DNA of 64,000 bases from the human T2T-CHM13v2.0 reference genome, Homo sapiens: NCBI RefSeq assembly GCF_009914755.1, contig NC_060931.1; one strand, given 5' to 3'. The first letter of the stretch is position 1, and the number at the start of each line of letters is the position of its first letter. Positions 43,996 to 56,529 of the stretch are shown here, piece by piece. Both the position numbers and the translations under genes were made by a program. A model generated the notes under the pieces. The model worked only from the letters and a program-made list of their open reading frames with translations, made no database searches and was not told the origin of the DNA.

Positions 43996-45139
43996 TTTAG
44001 CTTTTAAAGCCCTTTAATTTCTAAATGTGGAATTGGTTCATTTATTTACTTATTTATCCATTCTATAACTCATTAATTCTTTGTACCAACATTTGCTGAA
44101 TATGTACTTTGTGTAAGTCACTTTGTTAAGCTCTCTGGAAAATAAAAACAAAGTTCAATTTTCTGTGTAGTAAAACGTGTTTAACCACAAGACATTAACA
44201 GAGTACTAAATTAATAGAAATTTTTCATGTCAACTAGTGCATTATTTTGTTATGGCTTCCATCACTAAGTACCATAGACTAGATGGCTTAAACAGCAGAT
44301 ACTGGTTTTCTCTCAGTTCTCCCAGTGTGACTATCAGGATTCTAATCCTGTTTTTGTATTTGTATTAAAAAGTGATAGAACGTATAGTCAAGACGGATGG
44401 ATTAAATTGTTCATCTCGCCCCTAAGAATTAAGAGTTTTTGTTGGTGGTGGTTTGTTTGTTTCATCTCTGGCTAACAGGAAGAGTGAAGAAGAGAACGCT
44501 GTTTCCTCGTAGCCCCAAATAACATTTCACCTACTTCTAAAGCTGCTGTGAGGTATGCAAGCTCTTACATAAAGAGAAAAATCTGTCTCAAAAATCTGCC
44601 TCAAGATTGTGGAGTCTTGCTCTCCTTGCATTCTTTTGGTTTTTCTGCCACAATTTTGAGACTTATCCTAGGAATTCAGTTCAGCCTTTTTTTCGCCTTC
44701 AAAATAAGCACATTTGGCTGCTTATTTTGCAGCAGCCAAAACGAAGCATTCGGAGATGTTATTGTTGTTGTTCTTCTCTATCGGTCCAGTACAGTTCCTT
44801 TTCTTCTTTTATTCCTAGGAAATCTCTTTGAATCTACTCTGTAAATAGAAATGGCTTCCCACCACACAGTGAAAACCAAAATCCTTATCTTGACTTTACA
44901 GGGTCTTTCATGGTCTGGCCCTGCCTGTATCCGGCCTCCTCTCTCACTCTTCCTCTTGCTACGTGGCTAGAAGCAAGAAAACAGGGAATCTAATCTAGTT
45001 TTATCTGGCTCTAAACCCACTGCTCTTAATCAATACACTGCAATGCCCTTGTAAGTTATTTACCTCTCTCCCATACAGTACGTGCCAGGTGGCCCATAGT
45101 TCTAGCTCCTATCTCCAACCTGAAACCAATTATTTTCAC

Positions 45140-46200
45140 AAAGTCACATTGATTAAAGTATAATATTTACAGAGGTATGTGTAAGAGTTGTAGATGCAAA
45201 GTTTGATTGCTTTTCACAAAGTAGATGCCACTGCATAACCAAAATCCAGACCAAATTTTTACCTGTGCCCCAATGAACCCCTTATAACCCTTTCTGAAAC
45301 CTACCCCACCAAGTAACCACTATTCTGACTTCTGAAACTATAGGTGTATTTTCCTGTTTATGAAGTTTAACTCTTAATTTAAGAGTATTAGATATACTGT
45401 TTTGTGTCTAGCCTGTTTTGCTTAATATTAAATTTGACAGATTCACCTATGCAGAAGATAGTATAGTTCATTCTCATTACTGTGTATGTGAGTATATTAC
45501 AAATTGTCTCCTATTTTACCGTAGATGGATATTTGGGTTGCTTCTAATTTGGAAGAAATTCAAATACTGCCACTAGAAACACTCTTGAATATGTCTTGTG
45601 GTGAATATATATTCTTTTCCTTCCTCTTATTTTTAAACTTCTATTTTAAGTTTAGGGATACAAGGGCAGAGGTTTGCTACATAGGTAACTTGTGCCATGG
45701 GTTTGTTGTACAGATTATTTCATCACCGAGGTATTTCATCACCTTAGTACCCATTAGTTATTTTTCCTGATCCTCTCCCTCCTCCCATCCTCCACCCTCT
45801 GAGAGGCCCCAGTGTGTGTTTCCCTCTGTCTGTCCATGTGTTCACATCATTTAGCTCCCACTTATAAGTGAGAACATGCAGTATTTGGTTTTCTGTTCCT
45901 GTGTTAGTTTGCTAAGAATAATGGCCTCCAGCTCCATTCATGTTCCTACAGAGGACATGACCTCATTCTTTTGTACGGCTGCATAGTATTCCATGGTGTA
46001 TATGTACCACATTTTCCTTAGTCAGTCTATTATTGATGGGCATTTAGGTTGATTCCATGTCTTTGTGTATTCTAACAGTTTACATCACTATCAGCAGAGG
46101 ATGAGAATATTAGAGTTCTCATTACTCTGTATGCTTCTCAGCACTTAATAGTGTATCTATATCATTTGAGCCATTCTCATGAGTATGTCATAACACTACC
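45140..46200 (-). mobile_element. Old L1M 3' fragment containing a nested L1PA13-16-like 3' fragment (~45615-46065)
   Basis: Old L1 motifs gtaaccactattctgacttct and gatggatatttgggttg. The inner fragment has ttttcctgatcctctccctcctcccatcc...tataagtgagaacatgcagtatttgg. Confidence 0.7.
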
Positions 46201-46412
46201 TCTTTTTATAGACCTTATTTTTCCTTAAAGTAACTAATTTATTTTAGCTGTAGGACGAAAGCAGAAAACTCAGACAAAAGAGAAATATTACCTTTAGCAA
46301 AACAATCAGAAATGAGATATCAAAAATCACCCGAAATATACTACCTAAAGAAGACTAATAACATTTCCAGCGTTAGTCGGTTAGACCTTTCCTTTGTTTG
46401 TGCTTTCAAGTA

Positions 46413-49390
46413 CAGTCATGTGCTGCATAACAACATTTCGGTCAACTACAAGGCACACGTGTGACGGTGGTCTCAGGAGACTACAATGGAACTGAAAAAT
46501 TCTTAACACCTAGTGATGTCCCAGCTGTCGTAGCTGTAGCCCACCACATTACTCATGTGTGTGTGGTGATGCTGGTGTAAACAAACCCACTGTGCTTCCA
46601 GTCATATAAAAGCATATCACATACAATTACAAGCAGTATATAATGCTTGATAATGAAAATCAACTATGTTACTGGTTTATGTATTTACTATGCTATACTT
46701 TAATTGTTATTTTAAGGTGTATTCCTTGTACTTCTTTTTAGGTTTGCTGTAAAACCGTATTCAGTGTTATGCCAGCAGCAGCCTCATACATCCCATGTTT
46801 ACTGTGTCTCTTGACTGTATCATGTTCTTTTGTGCTTAATTTAATTACACATTATTTTATTCATCACGGTCCTTAATCATCAAAATTCATGGCTAATGTG
46901 TCAGAAAGAGGCCCTGTCCTGTGATTGACCTGAAAGCTAAATTAAAAGTGAATAAGAGGTACAAAGATGGAAAATCAGTAATGGTTATTGCTCACCAGTC
47001 AGGTCTGTCCCATTCCACCATAGCCATGATCTCAAAGAATGAGAACAAAATGATGGAAGCTGAAAAGATCTTCTTCATTGAAGGCAATGAGACTAACAAC
47101 AGTTCAGGAAGAGCCTATATCAGATATGGAGAAACTTCTAATGACCTGGAATGAAGACCAGTCACAGAAGTGAATTCCTCCCAGCACCATGATGATCACA
47201 GCCAAGCAAGAAGTTTGTTCGCAATGTTGAAAGAAAAGGCTGGACCCAACTACAATGTTGAATTTACTGCTAGCTCTGGGTGGTTTAAATGATTCAAGAA
47301 CTGTTTTTCATTACGTTATGTGAAAGTAAGTGGTGAGTCTGCAAGTGCTGATGTGAAGACAGCTGAAGAATTTCTGAAAACTCTAGTTTTCAGTTGATTA
47401 GTGATAAGTTGATTGTGAGGGGGAATTACTTGTCAGAGCAAATCTTCAGTATGAAGGAAACCTCTGTATTCTGGAAACCAATGCCTTAAAGCACTATTAT
47501 CCCTAAGGGGGCCAAGTCAATGCTGGATGTCAGGTTTTTAAGGACAGAATAACCATCTCACTTTGGAGAAATGTTGCAGGCTACAAATAGAAACTTTTAA
47601 TGATATGGCACAGTGACGACCCCAGGGTCTCCAAGCATATCACTAAACACGCACTGCTGGTAAACTAGAGGAGCCATAAGAAGTCATGGATGACCCAGCT
47701 CCTTTCCAAGACGCCCTTCTGAATTACTATGCCAGCAAAATGAGAAGTACTATTGGAGAATAACATACCTTTCAGGATTTGCTTATTGTTGGTGATGGTC
47801 CCACACATGCTCCTTTTATTGGTGATCTCCATCCCAATATCAAAGTAATGTTTTTCCCTCCAAACACCACCTCTTTGATTCAACCATTGCATCAAGGCAT
47901 TAAAGCACTTTTTAAGGCCTATTACCTGAGAAGGACTTTTACCCAGGCTGCTGCTGCAAAAAAAAATAATAATAAAAAAAATAAAATAAAAAAATAAAAG
48001 ATACCAATGCAATTCTGGAAGGATTACGACATCTCTGACTGCACCAAGAATCTTGCTTGGGCTTGGGGTGGTGTCACTAAGGAGTGTATAAATGGCAGCT
48101 GGAAGAAGATACTCAAGAGGTTCATCAATGACTTCAAATGATTTGCTCAGGATGAGCAGGTTGGAAAAATCAACAAGGTGGTGGTTGAACTGGCAGACAA
48201 CTTGAACGTGGGTGTGGATGAGGATGACATCGAGGAGCTCCTGGAGGTTCTTGAGAAATTGACTAATGAGGAGTTGTTGGAATAGAACATATAGCTGAAG
48301 AAGAGGCAACAGAAAAGGAAACTGCAGGAGAAGAAAAGGAAAACCCCCAAGGAAATTCACAGTGAAAGGTTTAGAAGTTTTTACAGACCTCAACAAACTC
48401 CTTAAAAAGTTTAAAAACGTGGACCCCAAAACTGAATGGTTCGTTCATAGAGGAATGTTCATAGTGCATTGTCTACTGATAAGAAAATCTATGATTAAAG
48501 AAAGAAAGAAACCCAGCAAAACTTCATAAACATATTTCTGAAAAGAGTGACACATCTTTAAAAAGAGCCTTAAGCAGGTCCTTCAGGAGCCATTCCAGAA
48601 GCAGGCATTGTTATCACAGTAGACAGCAGCTCCATGGGTGTCAGTGCCCCTGAGAACGTCCCAGTGGGACAAGGTGTAGAGGTGGAAGACAGCAGTAGTG
48701 ACCCTAACCCTTTATAGGCCTAGGCTACTGTGTGTGTTTGGGTCTTAGTTTTTAACAAAAAAGTTTAAAAAGTAAAAATAAAAAATTAAAGATTGAAAAA
48801 ATATTTAAAAATCTTAAGGTAAGGATATAAAGAAAGAAAATATTTTTGTACGGCTGTTTGTGTTTCAAGCTAAGTGTGATAAAAGAGTAAAAAATAATTA
48901 AAATTTATAAAGTAAAAATTTATAATAAGCTAAGGTTAATTATCAAAGAGAAAAGTTTTCTATATATTTAGTGTGGCCTAAGTGTCCAGTGCTTCTGGCA
49001 TCTACAGTAGTGTGCGGTGATGCCCTAGGTGTTCACATCCTGTCACCACTCACTGACTCACTCAGAGCAACTTCCAGTCCTGCAAGCTCCATTTTTGTTA
49101 AGTGCCCTATATAGGTGTGCTTTTTTTTTATCTTTTATATTAATTTTTACTGTATTTTTTCTATGTTTAGATATACAAACACTTACCATTGTGTTACAGT
49201 TGCCTAAGGTATCCAGTACAGCAACACACTGTACAGGTTTATAACCTAGGAGCAATAGGCTATACCATATAGCCTAGCTGTGTAGCAGGATATACCATCT
49301 GGGTTTAAGTACATTCTATGATGTCCATACAAAGATGAAATTACCTAATGATGCATTTCTCAGAACATACCCCCACTGTTAAGGGACACA
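46413..49390 (+). mobile_element. Near full-length Tigger3 (Golem) DNA transposon with disrupted transposase
   Basis: TA|cagtcatgtgctgcataac left TIR; right end gatgcatttctcagaacatacccc...ttaagggacaca. Transposase remnants: CENP-B-like HTH (IDLKAKLKV...GLSHSTI), FTASSGWFK and FFPPNTTSLIQPLHQG. Confidence 0.88.
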
Positions 49391-50495
49391 AAATAAGATT
49401 TTACACAAAATCTTGTTACTTCATATAACAAAATGCAACATAAAACTTTCAAAACAAATAAATACACTTATGCCCCATAAATGTTAATGTGAAAATCATA
49501 TTTCATCAAAAATCTATATTACTATGTTAAAATGAACAGCCTTGTAACATATCTTTGCATAGGTCCCTAATTAATTTTCTTAAAATAAGTCCCAAAGTGG
49601 AATTCTTGTGTCAAAAACTATGTATTTTGTTACAGCTTTCGAAGACTACTGTTAGACAATATTGTACCCTGACCAACTATATGCTACCACCATCCTACAT
49701 TTTTACCCAAGCTGGATGTGGGAATTCTTATTTAGGTCATTGTGACACTAGTTTATTGGTAGTCGTTACTGGTAGTGAAACAATGACTCCAATTCACTTC
49801 CCAGCCAGCCATCCTGGAGGGGCTCTGGGTGCCCGGGCAAGCCCCAGCCTCTCATCTGCATGCTCAATTCCACTCTTCTTTTGTTTCCCATTGGCACCAC
49901 CATTGTCCGCCTCCTGGACTCATCTCTTGGTCTTCTCCATCCTTCCAGCTATTCCAGCTATCATATCATGACCATATCAGGCTTGGACTCCCCCCTAATA
50001 TTTATTCGCTACCATAAACTAAATTATGTTTTCCATCCTAAGCACAAACATTTCACTAACACCCGTCATCTGTTTGTGAGGCAGCAGCAGGAGCAGGTAA
50101 TCCACGGTTCTGCTTTCTCTGTACTCTTCTAGAAATAGGGGAGCTTAGATTCTCCCTGGATCCCATCTTCTAGAGATGGCATTACTGGTCTCATATTCTA
50201 TTTTCTTTCATGTATTGAAACTTTTGTTATTAATAGCTTCTGACTAAAGTGAAAATGTCAATGTGTAAAATATGTGGGGTAATGTGTTCCACAATATACA
50301 GAGAAAAGCTCTGAAACAGTCTCCTGTAATTCTGGATTTTCTGTTTTCTTCTTGTTTTTTAAATTTCCGGGTTCTTGAGTCCATGTGGTCTAAGTCCTGC
50401 ATTAATCCTGAACACATGGCAGCAGGGATAAAGGGAAGACCTGAGGTCCGTGTTCCAATTCGCCAGGGATGTGAATGCCCTGGACGTTCTCCTTC

Positions 50496-51451
50496 TGATA
50501 GGGACAGGAGGCAGAGAAATTCTAGGCAGAAAAGGGTGGATCCCCAACAAAACCCCACCCTCAAGCCTGGGAACACAGTCCAAAGTGAGAACTTACATCT
50601 CTGTTTCTGGCTCAAATATTTCCTTTTCCAAAACCATGTGTGGCCCTGCCCCATCCTGTGCCTATAAAAACCTCATACTCAACCAGCAGAGAGAGGTGAA
50701 GCAGCTGGACATCAGAGACTGTGGCTGGATGTTGGAGAGAAGTGGCTTGACTTCAGAGGGAGAGCTTGACAGCATAACTTTGGAGAAGAATCTGGCCAGA
50801 GATGGCCAGACGTCAGGGGAAGATTACCTTCCCATTCCATTTGCTTTTCAGCTCCCCTTCCAACTGAAAGCCACTTCCATTGGCGGTAAAATCCCCGACA
50901 GTTGCCATCCTTCAGGTTGTTCATATGACCTCATTTCTCCTGAATTCCAGGCAAGAGCCTGGATACCACTAGTGTGGATAAAAAAGGCTGTCACACTTGC
51001 CCTGTGCCCCTGCTGGAGGGCAGCCACCTCATGTGAGTAGGCAGAGGGACGACTCAGCTGTTAACACTCAAGCCGTCCACGGATGGCAGAGCTAAAAGAG
51101 CACTGTAACACTCCCTCTGGAGCTTCAGGGGTCATGGGCATCACGCCAGACTCTGCCACGGGGCCTGCATGAAGTTTGCTCCTGCTGGTGCCCAAAAGCA
51201 CTGGCTCTCGGCTCCTGCCTCCACTTACCCGTGTGCTCCTTCCCATGAGTGGTGGAGCACAGCGGATCCGAGTGAGTGGAGCTGGCTCCTGCCTGCGCTG
51301 AAGCAGCCAGTTGGTTCCAGTGTTTGCGCACTCCAGTTCTCACCTCGTTCATTTCATGCTCTTTCCTGCAAGGAGTTGACGGCTGTGAGCTGGGCAAATG
51401 AGGCACCCGGTTGCAAGTTCCATGAAAGGCTCGGGGAAATATCCTGCTTCA
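50496..51451 (+). mobile_element. ERV1-class solo LTR (MER50-like, MER4 group)
   Basis: TGATAGGGACAGGAGGCAG...ATCCTGCTTCA termini; perfect 4-bp TSD CTTC; TATA box cctataaaaa at ~50661. Confidence 0.8.
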
Positions 51452-53499
51452 CTTCCATATGGAGCTAGTGCTTTGTAAAGTGCACTGACAATAACAAAGT
51501 GTAGAGGAGGACCGGACACAGGCTGAACTGAGCTTCTTGAAAAGGCTGCAGCTCTCAGAACAACGCTGAGAAAACTGGTCCTTCAGCTATAGACACAGAG
51601 TCAAGAACTCCATTTTTCAAATTATATCTCATGAAAAGCTGGTGTCCAGTGACGTTTATCTGAGAAAAAGAAATTTTTTTTTGGCCAAAATAACTAGATA
51701 GATTTTTGTTAGACTTTATAATGAGAATTATGAATTTCCTGAAAGTGGGATGGAATACAGAATGTTCCCCAAATTGTTTCCATGGAACAGCTAATAGCAC
51801 ATAGAGCATGCGTATTTGCTGTGACATGATAAAGCTCAAGGCCAGAGATGTCTTGTGGGGCTCCCAAGTACTCTAACCTCAAGGTGCATGCCCTCCACTC
51901 ACTAATTGGCTCCTCTGGCTGTGATCGAGCTCCAAAAGGGAAGGAGGCTAATTCAAATGGGATGGCCCCAAAATAAGAGGAATAGTGTGCATTTAAACCA
52001 GGATATGGGCTATACCTGCTTACAGTACCCTTTATGCAATCTCCAGTTCATTAACTCTAGTAGATATTGTGAAGATACTATCAAAAAAAGGTTATGTTCC
52101 CCCAAATTAGGGAAGCCCTAAGGGATTCCGTATCTCCTTTTTGTACAGAGTTTGTTAGAAAATCAGATACTGGTCTGAGAAAAATGCTGATTCAGATGGT
52201 CAAGAGACTAAAAAAAAGTACTTTAAAACATCAGAATGAAATCACTGAAGGCAATCCTTAGCTTTATGATGTGCTGTACTCCTGGACAAGATGGTGTAAG
52301 TTGAGATGATATGTCAAATCTGATTTTTCTATAGGAAAAAATTGTACTTTAGGGAGGTATAGTTCTAGCCATGTTCTTAATACCCAAAAGTTAATCAGAA
52401 TTACCACAAATGATCTACTCATTCAAATATAAGTAGCCCACAAATACCATGTTAAACTTTCTAAATTTGAATTGTTTAAAAAAGCAAAGTTATAGAAAAT
52501 GACATTTATGACCCATTATCAGAAGCTTTAGATCCAATATTAGAATATTAGAGGCTTTTGTGCTAAACTCTTTTCTTTCTTATAAATTCTAGCCTTTATT
52601 TATCTATTTTAGGAGGGCATGTGGCAAAGCATGGCAGGGAATTCTTTCAAAAGTGGAATCCAGGAAGAAAATTCCTTGGGAAACTTTGGACTGGATTCTC
52701 AACAAACCCTTCAGAGAGACTTAAAGCCGGTAAAAGACCTTTTGCAAAAGTGATCCGGGGGGCCTCCACTTTGTTTCTCTGGATATTTCTCTGTTGAAAT
52801 ATAGGTGTCAAGCACGTCCCATTTTAGATGCTCTTCAGACTTCAAAACATTACCTTCCTGCTTTCAGGGAGCCATTTCATCAGCTTTTGTACTGTGTATT
52901 CACTGCAGACCCTGCTGTTATGCAAGGTACCACCATGGCTAAAAATTCACAAGACGATTCTTAGTTGCACTGATTTTTTTTTTATTTGATCTTTCACAAT
53001 GTTGCTGCTTCCGTTTCAAAAACGTCTCAAAGCTTTGATTTGATTGCAGCTGGATTCAAGGATACCCAAAGCCAAGTTTGATCCTGAATTCCCCAAATCA
53101 AAAGTATTTCATTTCAGATGTATGTTCTATACCTGGCCATAATAATGAACAGCAACCATTACTGGAGCATGCTTTTGATTTTTTTTTCATTAACAGTCAT
53201 TTTTATGATTTGGAAACATAATTAGAAGATTCCTATTCCAGACTACAAATCAATGGATTTGATTCTACTACACATTTGCCAATAAAGAGCAATGGTATCA
53301 AATGAAGCATTTGACCTGTCTTTAAATTTCTTTCATTCTGTAAATTCTACATGAGGTATGATATATGGAGCCAACTGGCTCCTCTGCCACACTGCTGCAG
53401 TTCAGTTGTTGGTATTGTCTGGAAGGAAAAAACGAAGTTGTGGAAGTGTGTGAGTTAGTTGGAGGTAATTACCATGTAACTGATTATCATTCATGTTCT

Positions 53500-53690
53500 G
53501 AGCGCTGTGCTATTACATACATTATTTTATTTCATCCTTGCAACATCCTTATTCCTATTTTTCAGCTAAGTAAAAAATGAGGCTCAGAATAGTGAAGTAA
53601 TTATCCACGGAGAGGGAAGATCAGCAGTATAGATTAAGTTGGAATAAATCTAAAGCTCATCCTCTTTCACTATAGCATGCTGCTTTCTAG
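53500..53690 (-). mobile_element. MIR remnant
   Basis: cctatttttcag...tgaggctcagaatagtgaagtaattatcca. Confidence 0.55.
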
Positions 53691-55125
53691 CTATATAAGA
53701 AAAAAACCTCATTATTCTATTACCCCATTGAGAAAGTACTGTTCTCTCTTGTTCAGCTGTCTGCTTTACTTAGCTCCGATGAAATCTAAATTAAATGCTC
53801 TGCTGCTGATGATGTTGGTAACACTCTGGTGGTACTAACCATAGTTCTGGGGAGTGAATGGGAAGAATGGCCAAGACTGGAGATGGGGACATTAGATTTT
53901 GAGACACAGACCAACTGAAATGAGACTGTGTTTTCTGTTAATAATAGGAATTTAAATGAATCATTGAAAAATCAGAGAAAGTTTTCTGAAATATAGGAAG
54001 CAAATGCTACCTATACTTCTTTATGTCTTTCAAATTAAAAAATAATTTTCAATACATGTTAAATGGTACAAAAATCAGTGGGGCTTTTTTAAAAATTCAA
54101 GCTTTATAAGAAAAAATAATAAAACATGTGCCAAATATGTCTGAATACTATTAAATGTAAATGGTGTATCATTAAATGCACTGGCTGTTTGGGAGAGGTG
54201 TAATAAACAAGAGACACATTGTAGCTATGACCGTGACGATTTACTTTTTTTAATTCTGGAGGAAATTTCAAACTGTGGAATATATAAGCAGAAAGGAAAT
54301 GAATAATGCATCTAACTAGCATGCGATAGTAAGCCTCACTCCCGTTGTGGACAGACAATATACAAGAAAAGATTTTGGTGGAAAGATGTAGGTGCTATTT
54401 AAGGGGAGGATATTCTTTATTGAAAACATATCCAGCAACATCTGAATGCCAAATAAAAGTCTTTACAGTTTCATCTCTCCTTAGAGAGCATATTTTTTAG
54501 TTGTTGTTTTGTTTGGGAGAAAATTGCAGTTTAAGATTTACAAACCACTTCATTTGCAAACTGCTATTACTATAGTTTCTGCCTCTGAAAATGTTTAAAG
54601 CTGCAGGCAATGAAAAGACATATTATTAGAGCTTTTCCTTATAAAGAAAGCTCTCATTCTATTGTAAAAAATGAGCGTATAAAAATACAATATTATTTAT
54701 AGAGTTATTTATATAAGCAGCATTTTGATGTGCCTTCCTGAGGCTTGGAGATATTAGAAAGCAGAATATCTGAGAAAACATATTTCACTTCGTTGTTTAA
54801 ATGCAATAGAGATCAAGAGATTATCTTCATCATGATAAGATTCAAAGAAATTTACACTGGTAATTGGAGCTTGTCCATAAAATTTATTCCTTATTACAAT
54901 ATAGACTATAGGTTGTTACATTTTTTTCCTTAAGGGAGGTAAGGTTAGATTTTTCACTATTTAGGTTGAGACTCTTTAGTTGATAACTGAAAGTTTTCTT
55001 TTAGCATTCAATTTGTTCTTGAATTATTTTTTATTTCAGCATATCTTTCTAAAAATTATGCATGATCAGCTCTTTTTTTTTTCCATTTTCCTATCAGCTG
55101 TTTATCTTAGATCTTCATTCATGGA

Positions 55126-55955
55126 TGTGTTAGTTTCCCAGGATTGCCAAAACAAATCACCACAAACTTTGTGTCTTAAAACAACAGACATTTATTCTCT
55201 CAGCAGTTCTAGAAGCCAGAAGTTTGATATCAAGGTATTCATAAGGCCAAACCTCCTTCAAAGGCTCCAGGGAAAAATCCTTCCCTGCCTCTTCCATATT
55301 CTGGTGGCTCCAGGCTTTTATTGGCTTTTGGTGGTATCACTCCAATCTCTGCCTCCGTCTTCACAAGGCCTTCCATTCAGTGTCTCAAATCAAATCTCTT
55401 TTCTCTTATAAGAACACCAGTCACTTGACTTAGGGCCCACCCAAATCCAGGATGATTAATTTTGAGATCCTTAACTTAAACGTATCTGCAAAAATCCAAC
55501 TTTTCAATTTCCGAATAAGATCACATTTCCAGGTGCTAAGGTATATTAGTCAGGGTTCCCCAGAGAAACAGAACCAAGGGGATATCTAAATGACCCTTAT
55601 GGGAGACCACTAGTGTCGATCCTGGTTCAACTCTAAAGGCCTGAAAATCATGAGTGCTGATATCTGAGGGCAGGTACTCAGAAAGAAGAAATTTATTCTT
55701 TCTCCACCTTGTTTTAAATTCAATCCCTCCATGGATTGGATGATTCGCACATTGGTGAGGTGGTCTTCTTTACTCACTGTACTGATTCAAATGCCAATCT
55801 CTTCTAGAAACACTTCACAGACACACCCAGAAATGATGTTTTACTAGCTATCTAGGCATCCTTTAGCACCATCAAGTTGACACATAAAATTAACCATCAC
55901 ACAGGGGTTAGCGTTTGGGCATGTATTTTAGAGGGATTCAGGTGAATGTATTACA
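55126..55955 (-). mobile_element. MLT1 (C/D/E-like) solo LTR interrupted by an MLT2 LTR
   Basis: tgtgttagtttcccagg...ttaaaacaacagacatttattctctcagcagttctagaagccagaagt...; resumes after 55901. Confidence 0.75.
55542..55901 (-). mobile_element. MLT2B-like solo LTR, internally deleted
   Basis: tatattagtcagggttccccagagaaacagaacc...aagttgacacataaaattaaccatcaca. Confidence 0.8.
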
Positions 55956-55964
55956 AGATGTGAA

Positions 55965-56200
55965 AAATAGACTTTGGAGTTAGGCAAAACTGAGTGAAAA
56001 ACATGGATCTGCCACTCACATTGAGGAATTATGATCATGCCCATAATTCTTTAGAGCACAAGTTTCCCCCTTTTAAAAATAACGATATTTTAATAATTGT
56101 GATGATACTAGCTTCACACATGTTGTATTAGATAATAGCGTGCATTGTAAGATAATATGTATAAAGCAATTAGCTCCCTGCTTTGCCAATAAATGGCCAT
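55965..56200 (+). mobile_element. MIR remnant
   Basis: gactttggagttagg...ctgccactcac...aagtttcccccttttaaaa. Confidence 0.55.
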
Positions 56201-56529
56201 TGTTAATTTATTGATTATATGGATTTTATTTTTCTAATTAGAGTAATTCCATTGACTTCAATTTCTATAGAGTTCTTCTTTCCTTTTATGCAGCAGAAGT
56301 TACAAAAGAGAATGTGACATGAATCATATCTGTATTGAAAATAGACATACGATGACTAATTTTGTTCTAAATGAAGAATGTTTTCTTATGGAATTATTGT
56401 AAGAATTAAATGGAAAAAAATGTATGTGAAGTACTTAGCAGTTAGCATTTAGTGTTAGCTACTATTATCAACAATTCCCTAAAACCTGCTAGGGTTGCAG
56501 TAACCATGGCAACACAAACTCTATTTTAT

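Noticed and set aside
47665-48429. Longest ORF in the track (254 aa, minus strand)
   Set aside because: It lies antisense to the Tigger3 transposase remnant, reads through a low-complexity T-tract, and resembles no protein I know; it is a shadow ORF.
50244-51468. Cluster of overlapping 90-196 aa ORFs
   Set aside because: They fall within or overlap a GC-rich solo LTR, where stop codons are rarer; no gag/pol/env motifs are present.
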